Shown here: positions 28,384-38,397 of the stretch, one piece after another | How positions within the stretch are numbered: position 1 is the first letter of the stretch | Layout of the letters: the number at the start of each line of letters is the position of its first letter | Assembly (NCBI GenBank): GCA_945861645.1 | Contig: CAMAVZ010000003.1 | Span: 28,629 to 92,628, forward strand | From: Opitutus sp. GAS368 | Lineage (GTDB): Bacteria; Verrucomicrobiota; Verrucomicrobiia; Opitutales; Opitutaceae | Reading direction: 5' to 3' | DNA: 64,000 bases | Translations under genes and position numbers: made by a program | Notes under the pieces: generated by a model | Database searches by the model: none | Told to the model about the DNA's origin: nothing | The model's input: only the letters and a program-made list of their open reading frames with translations

Positions 28384-30600
28384 TTATTTTCCGGCTTGAG
28401 CTAAAGCATCGAGGACGATCTGCGGGGTTAGCAGTTCGGGCAGAATGATCGGTTGGAGTTTACCTGGAGCGTAGATTAAATTGAAAGGCACTGCGGAGCG
28501 GTTCCAGCGGGCGAGCTCGGCGGTGATGAGAGGATCACGATTCGTCCAATCGCCGCGGAGTAACACGGTCTGGTGCTGCGCCAGCGCGGCGAGCACGGCG
28601 TCGTGATGGAACACGGTCGCCTTATTCGTTTGGCAAGTGGCGCACCAGCGCGCGGTGAAATCTACATAGACAAATTTGCCCGCGGCTTGAGCTGCAGCTA
28701 TGGCCGCGGGACTCCATTTCTCCCAAGTGACTTGGTAGCTGCCAGCTGTCGTGGGGGCTGCGGTTGTTTGGGGCCAACCCGTATAAAGACCGCTCGCGAG
28801 CAGGAGTGCCGCGCCGATCCGACCGGCTAATTGGCGCTGAGGTTTTCCTGACGCCTGACCAAAACGGCCGTAAGCCCATGCTGCCATCGCGACGAGCACG
28901 AAGCCGAAGGAGATTAACAACAGGGCGTTGTCATCATCCTTAGTCTGGCCGGCGAGTACCCACAACAACCAGCCGACGGTCGCATAAAGGGGGAAGGCCA
29001 TGAATTGTTTAAACGTTTCCATCCATGCGCCAGGCTTGGGGAGCAGTTTGATCGCTTGCGGAAAAATTGAAAACAGCAGGTACGGGAGCGCGAGCCCGAG
29101 GGCGATCGCGGTAAAAATCAGGAAAGCTTGTCCCGCGGAGAGGGACAGCGCCGCGCCCAACGCTGGCGCCAGAAAGGGGGCACTGCAGGGAGTCGCGACG
29201 AGCGTGGCTAAAGCGCCGGTGAAAAATGATCCGGCAAAACCATCCTGCATCTGTAGATTGCCGCCGACACTCGTGGCGGACAGCCCTACTTCAAAAAGCC
29301 CACTTAAGTTGAGGGCAAAAATCAGCAGGAACACGGCCATGCCAAAAACAAAAACGGGCGATTGGAGTTGGAATCCCCAGCCGAGTTGAGCGCCGCCGGC
29401 GCGGAGCATCAAAAGCGCGCCCGCTAGCGCCCAAAATGAAACCAGTACGCCGAGCGTAAAAGTCAGACCATGCGCGGTGATTTTTTTACGGTCATTACCG
29501 GATTGGTTAACGAAGCCGAGGATCTTGATGCCGAGCACGGGGAAAACGCAGGGCATCAGATTCAAGATTAAGCCACCAATGAAAGCCAAGCCGAGGGTGG
29601 CGAGCAAGCTGCTGGGAGCGACGAGTGCAGTGGGCGGCGGGGTCGGGTTGGCTGTTGGGCGCGTGACCGTGGGAAGGGTCGGCCCTGCATCGGCACTGAA
29701 GGCCACATCGATCACCAAACCGCCGTAGCTGGCACCAGCCGACCAGCCATTGGCTGAGGCGAGCACTCCGGTGAGGCGCTTCGTCGTTTTATCAGCGGCG
29801 GCATCGAGCGGCAGAACTAAGACCCAGCCGTCATGGTCAGCGGTCACTTTCGCTAGCTGAGTATAATCGGTGAGGGCATCAGTCGCGAAGAAATGCAGCT
29901 CCGTCGGCTTATGGGTATTACCCGACTTTGGGGTGAGCCGTAGGGTGACATTTTTGTCGTCGTGCGTAGCGGTGAGATTCCACTCGGTGGCGGCGACGGG
30001 GAGTTGCGCCCGAGCCTGAGTAATCGGCTGGGCCCATTGGGCGTCAGGTTGGGCGGTGGAGGCGACGTCGAAAGCGATTTCCAGTTTCGCCTCACCGGGC
30101 ATGCAGACGTCTTGGCACATGAGCCACTCGGTGGCGGCCGCGAGTTTGATTTTTGTGCCGGGAGCCAGGGGCGCGGCAGCGGCCGGTTGGCCGCTCGATG
30201 TTGGGCCTAGATTCTCGCCGGCACGAAGCTCGGGCCGTGCTGGCGGCGTGATTTCCACAAGGAGAAAGGACTCGTCGCTGTAGCCATTGCCCACAATTTT
30301 TCTCGAGGAGTCGCGCAAAATGGTGGGCGTCGGCCATTGAATTTCGCCGGCCTTAAAACCAGCCGGCAAAGTCCAATTGATGGAAGTGGGATAGCCGGTG
30401 CCTGCGGCAATCCAGTAACTGTGCCAGTGCGGGTCGTGCTGCATTCGCAGGGCAATCGTAAATGGCTTGCCCGCTTCGAGGGCGGCAGATGCCGATACGA
30501 GAGAGACCTGGACCGAGCCATTTTTTACTACTGGGGATTCAGCGGCCCAAAGCAGCGCGGGCAGGAGAAACAGAACAGAGAGGTGGCGAAGAAAATTCAT
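28384..30600 (-). CDS. dsbD: DsbD/ScsB-family thiol:disulfide interchange membrane protein
   Basis: Periplasmic Ig-like domain (WHSYW, CQDVCMP), TM domain cysteines (LMPCVFPVL, TPCSAPFL), C-terminal thioredoxin (DFTARWCATC). Confidence 0.9.
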   Translation of the reverse strand: MNFLRHLSVLFLLPALLWAAESPVVKNGSVQVSLVSASAALEAGKPFTIALRMQHDPHWHSYWIAAGTGYPTSINWTLPAGFKAGEIQWPTPTILRDSSRKIVGNGYSDESFLLVEITPPARPELRAGENLGPTSSGQPAAAAPLAPGTKIKLAAATEWLMCQDVCMPGEAKLEIAFDVASTAQPDAQWAQPITQARAQLPVAATEWNLTATHDDKNVTLRLTPKSGNTHKPTELHFFATDALTDYTQLAKVTADHDGWVLVLPLDAAADKTTKRLTGVLASANGWSAGASYGGLVIDVAFSADAGPTLPTVTRPTANPTPPPTALVAPSSLLATLGLAFIGGLILNLMPCVFPVLGIKILGFVNQSGNDRKKITAHGLTFTLGVLVSFWALAGALLMLRAGGAQLGWGFQLQSPVFVFGMAVFLLIFALNLSGLFEVGLSATSVGGNLQMQDGFAGSFFTGALATLVATPCSAPFLAPALGAALSLSAGQAFLIFTAIALGLALPYLLFSIFPQAIKLLPKPGAWMETFKQFMAFPLYATVGWLLWVLAGQTKDDDNALLLISFGFVLVAMAAWAYGRFGQASGKPQRQLAGRIGAALLLASGLYTGWPQTTAAPTTAGSYQVTWEKWSPAAIAAAQAAGKFVYVDFTARWCATCQTNKATVFHHDAVLAALAQHQTVLLRGDWTNRDPLITAELARWNRSAVPFNLIYAPGKLQPIILPELLTPQIVLDALAQAGK

Positions 30601-30765
30601 CGGGCAAGTAGCGGGGAAAGAAATATTTTAGCGAAGGCTAAGTGACAAGATGCGCGAGTCGGCTCCAAAGACAAGACTCTGGCGATAGGCCGATGGGATT
30701 AAAGGACGGATTTATTTGGGCTGGTTTGCCGCAAGCGGGAAAGCTAGAACTCATTCTTTAGATTT

Positions 30766-31305
30766 GTGAACCTACCCCCTAAACCCCCGGCGCCACCTGA
30801 GCAATGGTTCAAGGATGAGGTGCAGCCGCACGGCACCTCCCTGCGGGCATACGTCCGCGGGCGTTTCCCGGGCATACGGGATGTGGACGATGTGGTGCAG
30901 GAATCTTATCTCCGCATTTGGCAGGCACGGGCGCGGCATCCCATTCAGTCGGCGCGGGCCTTTTTATTTCGGATCGCGCGTAATCTCGCCCTCGACACCG
31001 TCCGACACGATCGCCGTTCACCGATAAAGGTCGTAACAGATTTAGCCCACCTGTTCGTCATAGATGATAGACCGGATGCCGCTGCGGCCGCTGCTCGTCA
31101 GCAGGAAATTGCCCTGCTGGTGGCCGCGATTGATGCGCTGCCGGCTCGCTGTCGTGAAATTTTTATTCTCCGTAAACTTCGTGGGGTCTCCCAAAAAGAT
31201 ATCGCTGCCCGGCTCGGGCTTTCCGAGCAAACGGTCCAAGTGCAAGCGGCCCGTGGGTTGCGGCGCGTGGCCGATTCACTCCGCCGGCAACTGAGCCCAC
31301 TATGA
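30766..31305 (+). CDS. ECF (FecI-like) RNA polymerase sigma-70 factor
   Basis: DVDDVVQESYLRIW, AFLFRIARNLALD, LPARCREIFILR...G.SQKDIA.RLGLSEQTV; GTG start. Confidence 0.92.
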   Translation: MNLPPKPPAPPEQWFKDEVQPHGTSLRAYVRGRFPGIRDVDDVVQESYLRIWQARARHPIQSARAFLFRIARNLALDTVRHDRRSPIKVVTDLAHLFVIDDRPDAAAAAARQQEIALLVAAIDALPARCREIFILRKLRGVSQKDIAARLGLSEQTVQVQAARGLRRVADSLRRQLSPL

Positions 31306-32390
31306 GCACTTCTTCGACTTATGGGCAAACTTCCCCGCCGGCGATTGAGGCGGCGGCAGCTGATTGGGTGACGCGCTGTGATGCGGGTCTGACCTCCGCC
31401 GAGCAGCAGATTTTTCAAGATTGGCTGGGCGCAGATGCGCGTCATGCGGATGCCTTTGATCGGCTAACCGAGGCTTGGTCTGTATTTGATCGAGTCCAAG
31501 GCAGCGGGGCAATCAGCGCGGTCCTAGCTGGATTGGCGGTGCGGGCTAGCCAACGGCGCCGGCGTCAGCTGCAAGGAGCGGCCGCGGCTGGGATTATTTT
31601 AGTCAGCGGATTATTTTTCCTGCGCTCTCGTCTTGGGGAAGCTGAGCCAATGAGCCGCCCGGCAGCGAAGGCCCCGATTCAAGAAATCTCGATCGTGGCT
31701 AATAATGCTATTCGTCAGTTGCCAGATGGATCCATTGTAGAGCTGAAAGTGGGGGCAGAAATTTCGGTGCATTATGAGGCGGCAGCGCGTCGCGTAACGC
31801 TCATTAATGGCGAGGCCTATTTTCGCGTAATGAAAGACACGGCTCGCCCATTTTATGTGGAAGCTAACGGCATTGCGGTCCGCGCCGTCGGGACGGCTTT
31901 CTCGGTGCAGCTGCAGCCGTCGGCCGTAGAGATTTTTGTGAAAGAAGGTGCGGTTGATGTCGGGCGCACCGCGGTCGGACGAGCGCCCGCGGGCGGCGAT
32001 AACCGCGTGGTGCGGGTCGTTGCCGGGAAGCGATTTGTCGCTTTGACTAAATTAAGGTTACCCAAATCGATTAAAGGAACGGCCCCCGTTCGCCTGGAAT
32101 CCTTTGCCGAGCCGCAGTTGGTATCTGCAGCGGAGATGGCTCACCAGCTAGCTTGGCGTGATACTCGGCAGGATTTCAACGGCACGACATTGAGCGAAGC
32201 GGTGGCGTTATTAAACCGACATAATGTAACGCAAATATCGATTGAAGATCCGGTGGTGGGCGCCTGGCGCGTCAGCGGGAGTTTTCGCTCGGATAATCCT
32301 GAGGGGTTTGCCCGAATCGTCGGGGAGAGTTTTGACCTGCAAACTGATAAGCAAGGCGAGCACTTGCTTCTATTACGGCGTACGCCCTGA
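31302..32390 (+). CDS. FecR-family anti-sigma/transmembrane sensor
   Basis: EAAAADW...FQDWL.AD.RH N-domain, TM helix, LPDGS.VEL, GEAYF.V.KD..RPF.V, AVGTAF, VSGSF; ATGA overlap with the sigma gene. Confidence 0.92.
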   Translation: MSTSSTYGQTSPPAIEAAAADWVTRCDAGLTSAEQQIFQDWLGADARHADAFDRLTEAWSVFDRVQGSGAISAVLAGLAVRASQRRRRQLQGAAAAGIILVSGLFFLRSRLGEAEPMSRPAAKAPIQEISIVANNAIRQLPDGSIVELKVGAEISVHYEAAARRVTLINGEAYFRVMKDTARPFYVEANGIAVRAVGTAFSVQLQPSAVEIFVKEGAVDVGRTAVGRAPAGGDNRVVRVVAGKRFVALTKLRLPKSIKGTAPVRLESFAEPQLVSAAEMAHQLAWRDTRQDFNGTTLSEAVALLNRHNVTQISIEDPVVGAWRVSGSFRSDNPEGFARIVGESFDLQTDKQGEHLLLLRRTP

Positions 32391-32647
32391 ACTTGAGCAT
32401 CCAAGGGCGGCAAAAATAATTGTAACAGATTTTGCCGGCTGGGGCGTGGTGTAGGAAACCCCTGCGGTCCTCCCTTGGAGTATTTTTACAGCTGAATGCT
32501 TACCCCTGTTATTTTTAAAAAAATATTTGCGAACGATTAGGCAAGGGTATGTTTGTTGCCTTTACGCAACAACTAAGGTTAAAATCTTAGTTAACCTTCA
32601 CTCGACTCGGTCGTCCACATTCTGTGGGGGGCCAATCACAACACACC

Positions 32648-35600
32648 ATGACCCAAGTAATCTCGTTTCCCCGTCTACGAAATCATTACGCGCTAGCAGC
32701 GCTGTGCGCTCTGGCGTTAACACTAGTATCTCATGCAGCTGAGGTTAAGCATTTTAGCATCTCTGCTGCTTCCGCGACCGCCGCGATTAAAGATTTTTCC
32801 AGCCAATCAGGGGGCGAGGTCTTGGTGCCCACGGACGCGGTGGCCGGCATCAGTACCCATGCGGTGGAAGGGGACATGACGCCGCGACAAGCGTTGGAAC
32901 AGATGGTGGCGGGCACGGGGTTGGTTGTCATTCAGGATGAAAAAACCGGAGCCCTTGGTCTGCGCCTTAATCCTGACCGCGCAAAAAACGTCGAGAGCCG
33001 TCAGGTCATGGTGCCGACGGCCAAGGTCACAAAAAGTGAAACGGGCGCCCTTAAGCTTGAGACTTATTCGGTCCTCGGTTCCCGCATTCGGCAAACCGAG
33101 ACCGCTGGCCCTTCCCCCGTTAGTTCATATGATAAAGAATATATTCGGGCTACTGGCTCGATGACGTTGTCAGATTTTCTTAATCAAATCCCGCAAACCT
33201 ATGCGGGTATTGCCTCCGGTCGCGGGAGCGCGCCGAACGAATTGAATCCTGAATTCGGCCAACGTACTGAGACGAGCAATCCGGCGTTCAATCTGGTGCT
33301 AGGCTCATCCGCCGCTCCTCCGGGGCAGACGGGCGTTTCGGGAGTCAGCTTGCGCGGCCTTGGATCTGGCTCGACGCTTGTATTAGTCGATGGCCGGCGG
33401 GCAGCGCAATCGGGTAACGGTAATCGCTCGACGGACACGCGGCAGGGTTTCGTTGATTTGAATACCATTCCGTTAGGCATGGTTGATCGCATTGAGGTCA
33501 TCACTGATGGGGCCTCGGCGATTTATGGTGCCGATGCGGTGGCGGGGGTTATCAACATCATCCTCAAAAAGAATTTCACCGGCACCGAATTATCAGGCGG
33601 CTATAAAGTCTCCCAGCATGGTGGCGGCGCGGAGCGGAATGTTTCCGTCATTAGTGGATTTTCTTATGGAAAATTGAGCGGCTCGGTAGCGATCGAGTAT
33701 TATGACCGAGAAGACCTCAAAGCTGCTCAGCGTTCTTTCTCTAAAAACCAAAATCACACTGGCATTCAGGCTGGCACGCTGACGGCAACCGGCTTGCCTA
33801 AATACGGCGTCGATTGGCGGCTTAATTGGGGCTTCCCAGCTGTAATCCAAGCTTCCGGCGGTACGGTCTCGGGAAATTTTGATGCCCTGCCCGGCGTGCG
33901 CGTTGTGATGGTTCCCGTCGGGGCTACGAGCACCCCAACATTGGCGCAATTTCAGACGGTGCTGACGCCGGCCCCTGGAGCCACGTTGGTGAATGCCTCG
34001 CAGCAGCGCCGAGCCAACACGGCCGAATATCTCGCCTTGATTCCTGAATCAAAGCGAAAGGGCTTGAGCGGTAATTTCAATTATCGCTTTAACGATCATC
34101 TGGATGTTTTCACGAGTCTCCGCACCAGCGAGACGCGCAGTTTTTACACCGCGCAGCCCGGGGCGAATTCGATTACCGGTGGTTTCGGTGCTGCCGTAAC
34201 TTTGCCGGCAGCTTATAATCCATTTAATCAAAATGTGACCATCGGCATGATTCTGCCTGAATGGGGTGCGCAATCCCAGCGCGTGCGGACTTTAGATGAT
34301 GCAATTACGGCTGGCTTGAGGGGTAAGTTTGGCCAGACGTGGGAATGGGAACTCGGGACCAATTGGGAAGAGCAAAAAGTTCGGCAGATCTCGCGTAATT
34401 TTAATCCGGCCCCGTTCGCCGCGATGTTAATCGCCGCCGATCCGGCCCAGCGTTTTAATCCCTTTATCGATTCCAGTGCCCCCGGGGCGCCTTCCCAAGC
34501 GGCCTTGCTCGAGACACTCGCGCTTTATCCGTCGCTGGCCTCAGTTTCCAAGCAGATGGGATTAGATTTTTCCGCCAACGGTAATCTGCTCGACCTCTGG
34601 GGCGGCTCGATGAAAATGGCTGTCGGTGGCTCCAATTTGAAGGGCGAGATGCAGAGCACCGCGGTCAATTATTCTTCCGTGCTGATTCCCGTCGCGACGA
34701 TGACGACTGTCACCGGCGAGCAAACCACGAAGGCCATGTTTGCCGAGTTGAGTGTGCCGATCGTGGGCAAGCCCAATGCGCAGCCGCTGCTGCGTCGTTT
34801 AGATTTAAATCTGGCGGAACGTTATGAAGATAACGGCCGCTTCTCGAAAACGGTGCCGAAGTATGGGGTCTCCTGGACTCCCGTGCAGTCGTTGTTAATC
34901 CGTGCAAATTGGAGCGAGGGCTTCCGGGCCCCTGGCATTACGGAATACATGGTCGCGCCATCAATTGTGACCTCAACCCTGCTCGATCCTCGGCGCACGC
35001 CAACATCGACGACAGGTATCGTGGAATCACGGGGCTCTAATTTAAATCCTCGGCCCGAACTTTCGAAAAACACGTTTGCGGGCATCGTCTATGAGCCCTC
35101 TTGGGTCAAGGGGCTCAGTTTACAGGTTAATTATTATGATACCGTGCAGAAAGATGTGCTGCAGTTGATCACCGCCCAGTCGATCATCAACAATGAGTCG
35201 CTCTTCACTGATCGCATCACGCGGGCCGCGGCCACGCCGGCGGATACCGCACTTAATCAGCCCGGACAAATCACGGCGATCAGTCGCATCTTCGTCAATT
35301 TCGGCCAAGTGGTGAATCGGAGTATGGATTTTGTGGCCGACTATCGTCTGCCTGGGGAGCAATTGGGTCGTTGGCGCTTGAATCTTGCGGCCAGTCGTAC
35401 GCTGGAGGCTACGCGTCAACTGGCCCCGGGTCAGCCGGCGGTTATTCTCGAAGACGACACGGCGGCTCCGCCCAAATGGCGCATCAACGCCGCCGTGTTT
35501 TGGAGTAAAGGGGATTGGAATGCCTCCGCCTTTGTTTCCTATCTGGATGGATTCACGGTCAACAGCGCGGGAAGTAACTTGGTGGCCAATAGTACCGCTG

Positions 35601-35833
35601 TAACTTTTTTCCCTACGCCTTCGATTACCAAACTTGATCTGCGGGCCGGCTATGAATTTCGCAAAGGTCTGTGGCGCGGTTATGGTAAGCGTCTACGCGT
35701 CACGTTGGGCGTAAATAACGTGTTCGATCAAGAGCCGCCGTTCTCCGACACCGTCTGGGGTTTCAATGCCGGCTTACATAGTCAGTTTATTCTCGGCCGC
35801 AGTTACGAGTTCGCCTTCATTCTGCCGCTTTAA
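32648..35833 (+). CDS. TonB-dependent transducer/receptor with N-terminal STN signalling domain
   Basis: Signal peptide; STN-like FSISA..A..AI.DFS.QSG...V.G.MTP..AL..M.AGTGL; plug motifs VLGSRI, LRGLGSGSTLVLVDGRR, DLNTIP, RIEV..DGASAIYGADAVAGVINII; barrel PELS and GVNNVFD. Confidence 0.93.
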   Translation: MTQVISFPRLRNHYALAALCALALTLVSHAAEVKHFSISAASATAAIKDFSSQSGGEVLVPTDAVAGISTHAVEGDMTPRQALEQMVAGTGLVVIQDEKTGALGLRLNPDRAKNVESRQVMVPTAKVTKSETGALKLETYSVLGSRIRQTETAGPSPVSSYDKEYIRATGSMTLSDFLNQIPQTYAGIASGRGSAPNELNPEFGQRTETSNPAFNLVLGSSAAPPGQTGVSGVSLRGLGSGSTLVLVDGRRAAQSGNGNRSTDTRQGFVDLNTIPLGMVDRIEVITDGASAIYGADAVAGVINIILKKNFTGTELSGGYKVSQHGGGAERNVSVISGFSYGKLSGSVAIEYYDREDLKAAQRSFSKNQNHTGIQAGTLTATGLPKYGVDWRLNWGFPAVIQASGGTVSGNFDALPGVRVVMVPVGATSTPTLAQFQTVLTPAPGATLVNASQQRRANTAEYLALIPESKRKGLSGNFNYRFNDHLDVFTSLRTSETRSFYTAQPGANSITGGFGAAVTLPAAYNPFNQNVTIGMILPEWGAQSQRVRTLDDAITAGLRGKFGQTWEWELGTNWEEQKVRQISRNFNPAPFAAMLIAADPAQRFNPFIDSSAPGAPSQAALLETLALYPSLASVSKQMGLDFSANGNLLDLWGGSMKMAVGGSNLKGEMQSTAVNYSSVLIPVATMTTVTGEQTTKAMFAELSVPIVGKPNAQPLLRRLDLNLAERYEDNGRFSKTVPKYGVSWTPVQSLLIRANWSEGFRAPGITEYMVAPSIVTSTLLDPRRTPTSTTGIVESRGSNLNPRPELSKNTFAGIVYEPSWVKGLSLQVNYYDTVQKDVLQLITAQSIINNESLFTDRITRAAATPADTALNQPGQITAISRIFVNFGQVVNRSMDFVADYRLPGEQLGRWRLNLAASRTLEATRQLAPGQPAVILEDDTAAPPKWRINAAVFWSKGDWNASAFVSYLDGFTVNSAGSNLVANSTAVTFFPTPSITKLDLRAGYEFRKGLWRGYGKRLRVTLGVNNVFDQEPPFSDTVWGFNAGLHSQFILGRSYEFAFILPL

Positions 35834-35856
35834 TCACTCAGTGATTATTTTTACGC

Positions 35857-35884
35857 GCCGCCGTGCAACTCTGCGCACGGCGGC
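35857..35884 (+). other. Intercistronic hairpin between the TBDT and the first multi-thioredoxin gene
   Basis: GCCGCCGTGC-aactctgc-GCACGGCGGC, with no U-tract immediately after it. Confidence 0.6.
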
Positions 35885-35904
35885 CTGGCTGTTTTATTTT
35901 AGTT

Positions 35905-38364
35905 ATGAAAAATTTTCTCTGGTCTGTTGCGCTTAGCATTTTTTGTTTAACGGTGATGCCGGCAGGCGCGCAGCCGGCCATCGTGCCGACTTCTACGCCG
36001 AGCGTTCATCATATTGGACCGAAGGTGGGCGAGCTCGCCCCTGATTTTACCGTCGTGGGCCCCGATGGCCAAGCGATCAAACTGGCTGATTTTCGCGGCC
36101 GGACCGTCTTAATCGATATTTGGGCCACCTGGTGCGGGCCGTGCGTGGCTTCCATGCCCCATAACAGCGAACTAGCCGAGCAGCATGCTAAAGACGGTCT
36201 CGTGATCCTGGCGGTCTGCGCCGATGACTCGCGCGCCAATTATGATGGCTGGGTGAAGCGCAACGCCGCTAAATATAAATTTCTCACCGCGCATGATCCG
36301 GCCGGCAAGGACGGTTGGGATAAATCTGTTTTTAATACTCAGTATGGTGTCAGTGGCTTCCCCACGCTTTTCCTGATCGACAAAGACGGGAAGGTGGTCG
36401 GCTCCACCTCCGGCGGTGGCCCGGGCGAAAACCCGCACGTCACGCGCCTGCTCGCCAAGGGTGGCGTGCCGGTCGATACCTCGCATTTACCACCGGAGGA
36501 AAAACGTGAGCGTCAGTCCATTCCCATGATAGGCAAGACGGCGGCAACGCTGATTGGGGCTATTCCTGCCAGTGGAAAATCTGCCGCTGCGCGCCCGCCA
36601 ACCATTCGGTTAGGCTCACTTAAATTTGATGACCAGGTGGCCGATTTCGCCGCTATCGGCGTGGACGGCAAGGAAGTGAAGCTCTCGTCCTTCAAGGGCA
36701 AGCCGGTGCTTATTTCCTTCTGGACCGGAGCGCGTTCGCCCAACGAAGATTTTGCTAAGCTTGCGGCCAATTATAAAGATCAGGGTTTAGCGGTATGGGC
36801 CATCAACGTTGCCACGGATCGCGCTGAATTCGACGCCTGGGCAAAAGCGAATGCGGCTGGCCTGGGTTATACCGTCGCTTGGGATCCAGCAGGGAAGGCC
36901 GTCATGGAGTCCCTTTCCTATATGAAATTTGGCATCGGCATGTATCCCGCTTTCATGGTGGTGAATGCCGGCGGCTATTTTCGCGGTGGCCTGATTGGCA
37001 TGGGCCCAAAGATCGCTGGTTGGATGCGCGCAAGCTTGCAGGTCGCTGATCTTAAGCTCACCGCCGAAGATAAGGCGGCGGCGGATAAAGTTATGGCCGA
37101 AATTTTTGCGGCTCGCGATCAACCGGCCGCGGTTGCCGCCGGCGGGGTGATGGCTGCCGCTACGATCATACCCATGCCTAATAATCCGGCCGCGGCGCCG
37201 AAGGCCGCGTTGCTCGCCGTCGGCGCAATCGCCCCCGATTTTCTGATGAAGGATGTCGCGGCCAAGGATGTCCGTCTTTCCGATTTTAAAGGCAAGGTAG
37301 TGATCCTCGATTTTTGGGCCACTTGGTGTGGACCGTGCATTAGCTCATTTCCGCATACTCAGGAAATCGCCGCGAAATATAAAGACCAGGATGTCATTGT
37401 GCTGGGCGCTGGAACGAGCGACTCGATTGCGAAATTCCAGGAATGGATTCCTAAGAATCAGGCAAAATATCCTGACATTCGCTTCGCGTACGATCTGCAC
37501 GAACGCGAATCGCTCAATTTTGAAGAACGCGCTTCCGCAAAGCTCTATCATGTGGTGGGCATTCCGACGCAGTTTGTGATCGGCCGCGATGGTAAGATCA
37601 CCGGCGTGGTAGTGGGTAATGGCGGAGCGGGGGATGCTCGGACCGAATTTGCGCTGGCCGCCGCGGGGGTGAAAGTGAGTGACGCGATTCTGGCGCAGGG
37701 CAAGGAGCAGGTGGGTAAGCAGGAACAAGCCCGCGCAGCGAGCACGGCGGCGGCAATCAAGAAACCCAAGGCTCCCTTCTACGAAAGTTACGGCAAACTC
37801 AAAGCGGGCGAATTGGTGCCCGACTTCACGGTGCTTACCCCTGAAGGCAAAGAGGCCAAATTTTCTGACTACGCCAAGGGCAAGACGGTCATTCTTGATT
37901 TTTGGGCCACCTGGTGCGGGCCGTGCCAAAAGGCCATGCCGCACTACGAAGAGATCCACCGCAAGTATGGCTCTAAGGGCGTAGTTATTTTCGGGGTCTG
38001 CGGTTTCGACACCCGCGCGAACTACGACAAGTGGCTAATCGAAAATAAAAATAAATATACTTTCGCTACAGTCTTTGATCCGGTCGGTAAACCACCCTCA
38101 GGGGACAAAGAAGCGATGCGTAAGACGATCATGATGCAGCTGACTCGCGGAGCGGTCACGCCGCTGCCGACGACGCTCGTCATCAATTCCGCGGGCAAGC
38201 TGGTCGGGTCCTATGTCGGCTACAGCGAAGCCACGCACGACGGCTTGGCTAATTTACTCATGATCGCTGGCGTCGAGCTAGCGAGAGAAGACCAGCCCAA
38301 AGTATTTTTCCCGTCGGGCTATACCGCCAAACCGGCGATCACGCCGGCCGCGGTGGCCAAGTAA
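35905..38364 (+). CDS. Exported multi-domain TlpA/redoxin protein (4 thioredoxin-fold domains, 3 with WCGPC)
   Basis: Signal peptide; four (A/V)PDF...G(K/R)..lxxW units. WATWCGPC at ~36121, ~37315 and ~37902; domain 2 has FWTGARSP instead. Confidence 0.88.
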   Translation: MKNFLWSVALSIFCLTVMPAGAQPAIVPTSTPSVHHIGPKVGELAPDFTVVGPDGQAIKLADFRGRTVLIDIWATWCGPCVASMPHNSELAEQHAKDGLVILAVCADDSRANYDGWVKRNAAKYKFLTAHDPAGKDGWDKSVFNTQYGVSGFPTLFLIDKDGKVVGSTSGGGPGENPHVTRLLAKGGVPVDTSHLPPEEKRERQSIPMIGKTAATLIGAIPASGKSAAARPPTIRLGSLKFDDQVADFAAIGVDGKEVKLSSFKGKPVLISFWTGARSPNEDFAKLAANYKDQGLAVWAINVATDRAEFDAWAKANAAGLGYTVAWDPAGKAVMESLSYMKFGIGMYPAFMVVNAGGYFRGGLIGMGPKIAGWMRASLQVADLKLTAEDKAAADKVMAEIFAARDQPAAVAAGGVMAAATIIPMPNNPAAAPKAALLAVGAIAPDFLMKDVAAKDVRLSDFKGKVVILDFWATWCGPCISSFPHTQEIAAKYKDQDVIVLGAGTSDSIAKFQEWIPKNQAKYPDIRFAYDLHERESLNFEERASAKLYHVVGIPTQFVIGRDGKITGVVVGNGGAGDARTEFALAAAGVKVSDAILAQGKEQVGKQEQARAASTAAAIKKPKAPFYESYGKLKAGELVPDFTVLTPEGKEAKFSDYAKGKTVILDFWATWCGPCQKAMPHYEEIHRKYGSKGVVIFGVCGFDTRANYDKWLIENKNKYTFATVFDPVGKPPSGDKEAMRKTIMMQLTRGAVTPLPTTLVINSAGKLVGSYVGYSEATHDGLANLLMIAGVELAREDQPKVFFPSGYTAKPAITPAAVAK

Positions 38365-38397
38365 ATTTTTGCATACCCAGCCGTTTTTCCCCCGATC

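Noticed and set aside
32040-32110. AT-rich insert-like stretch in FecR as a palindromic element
   Set aside because: It falls in a variable linker and the inverted-repeat pairing is poor.
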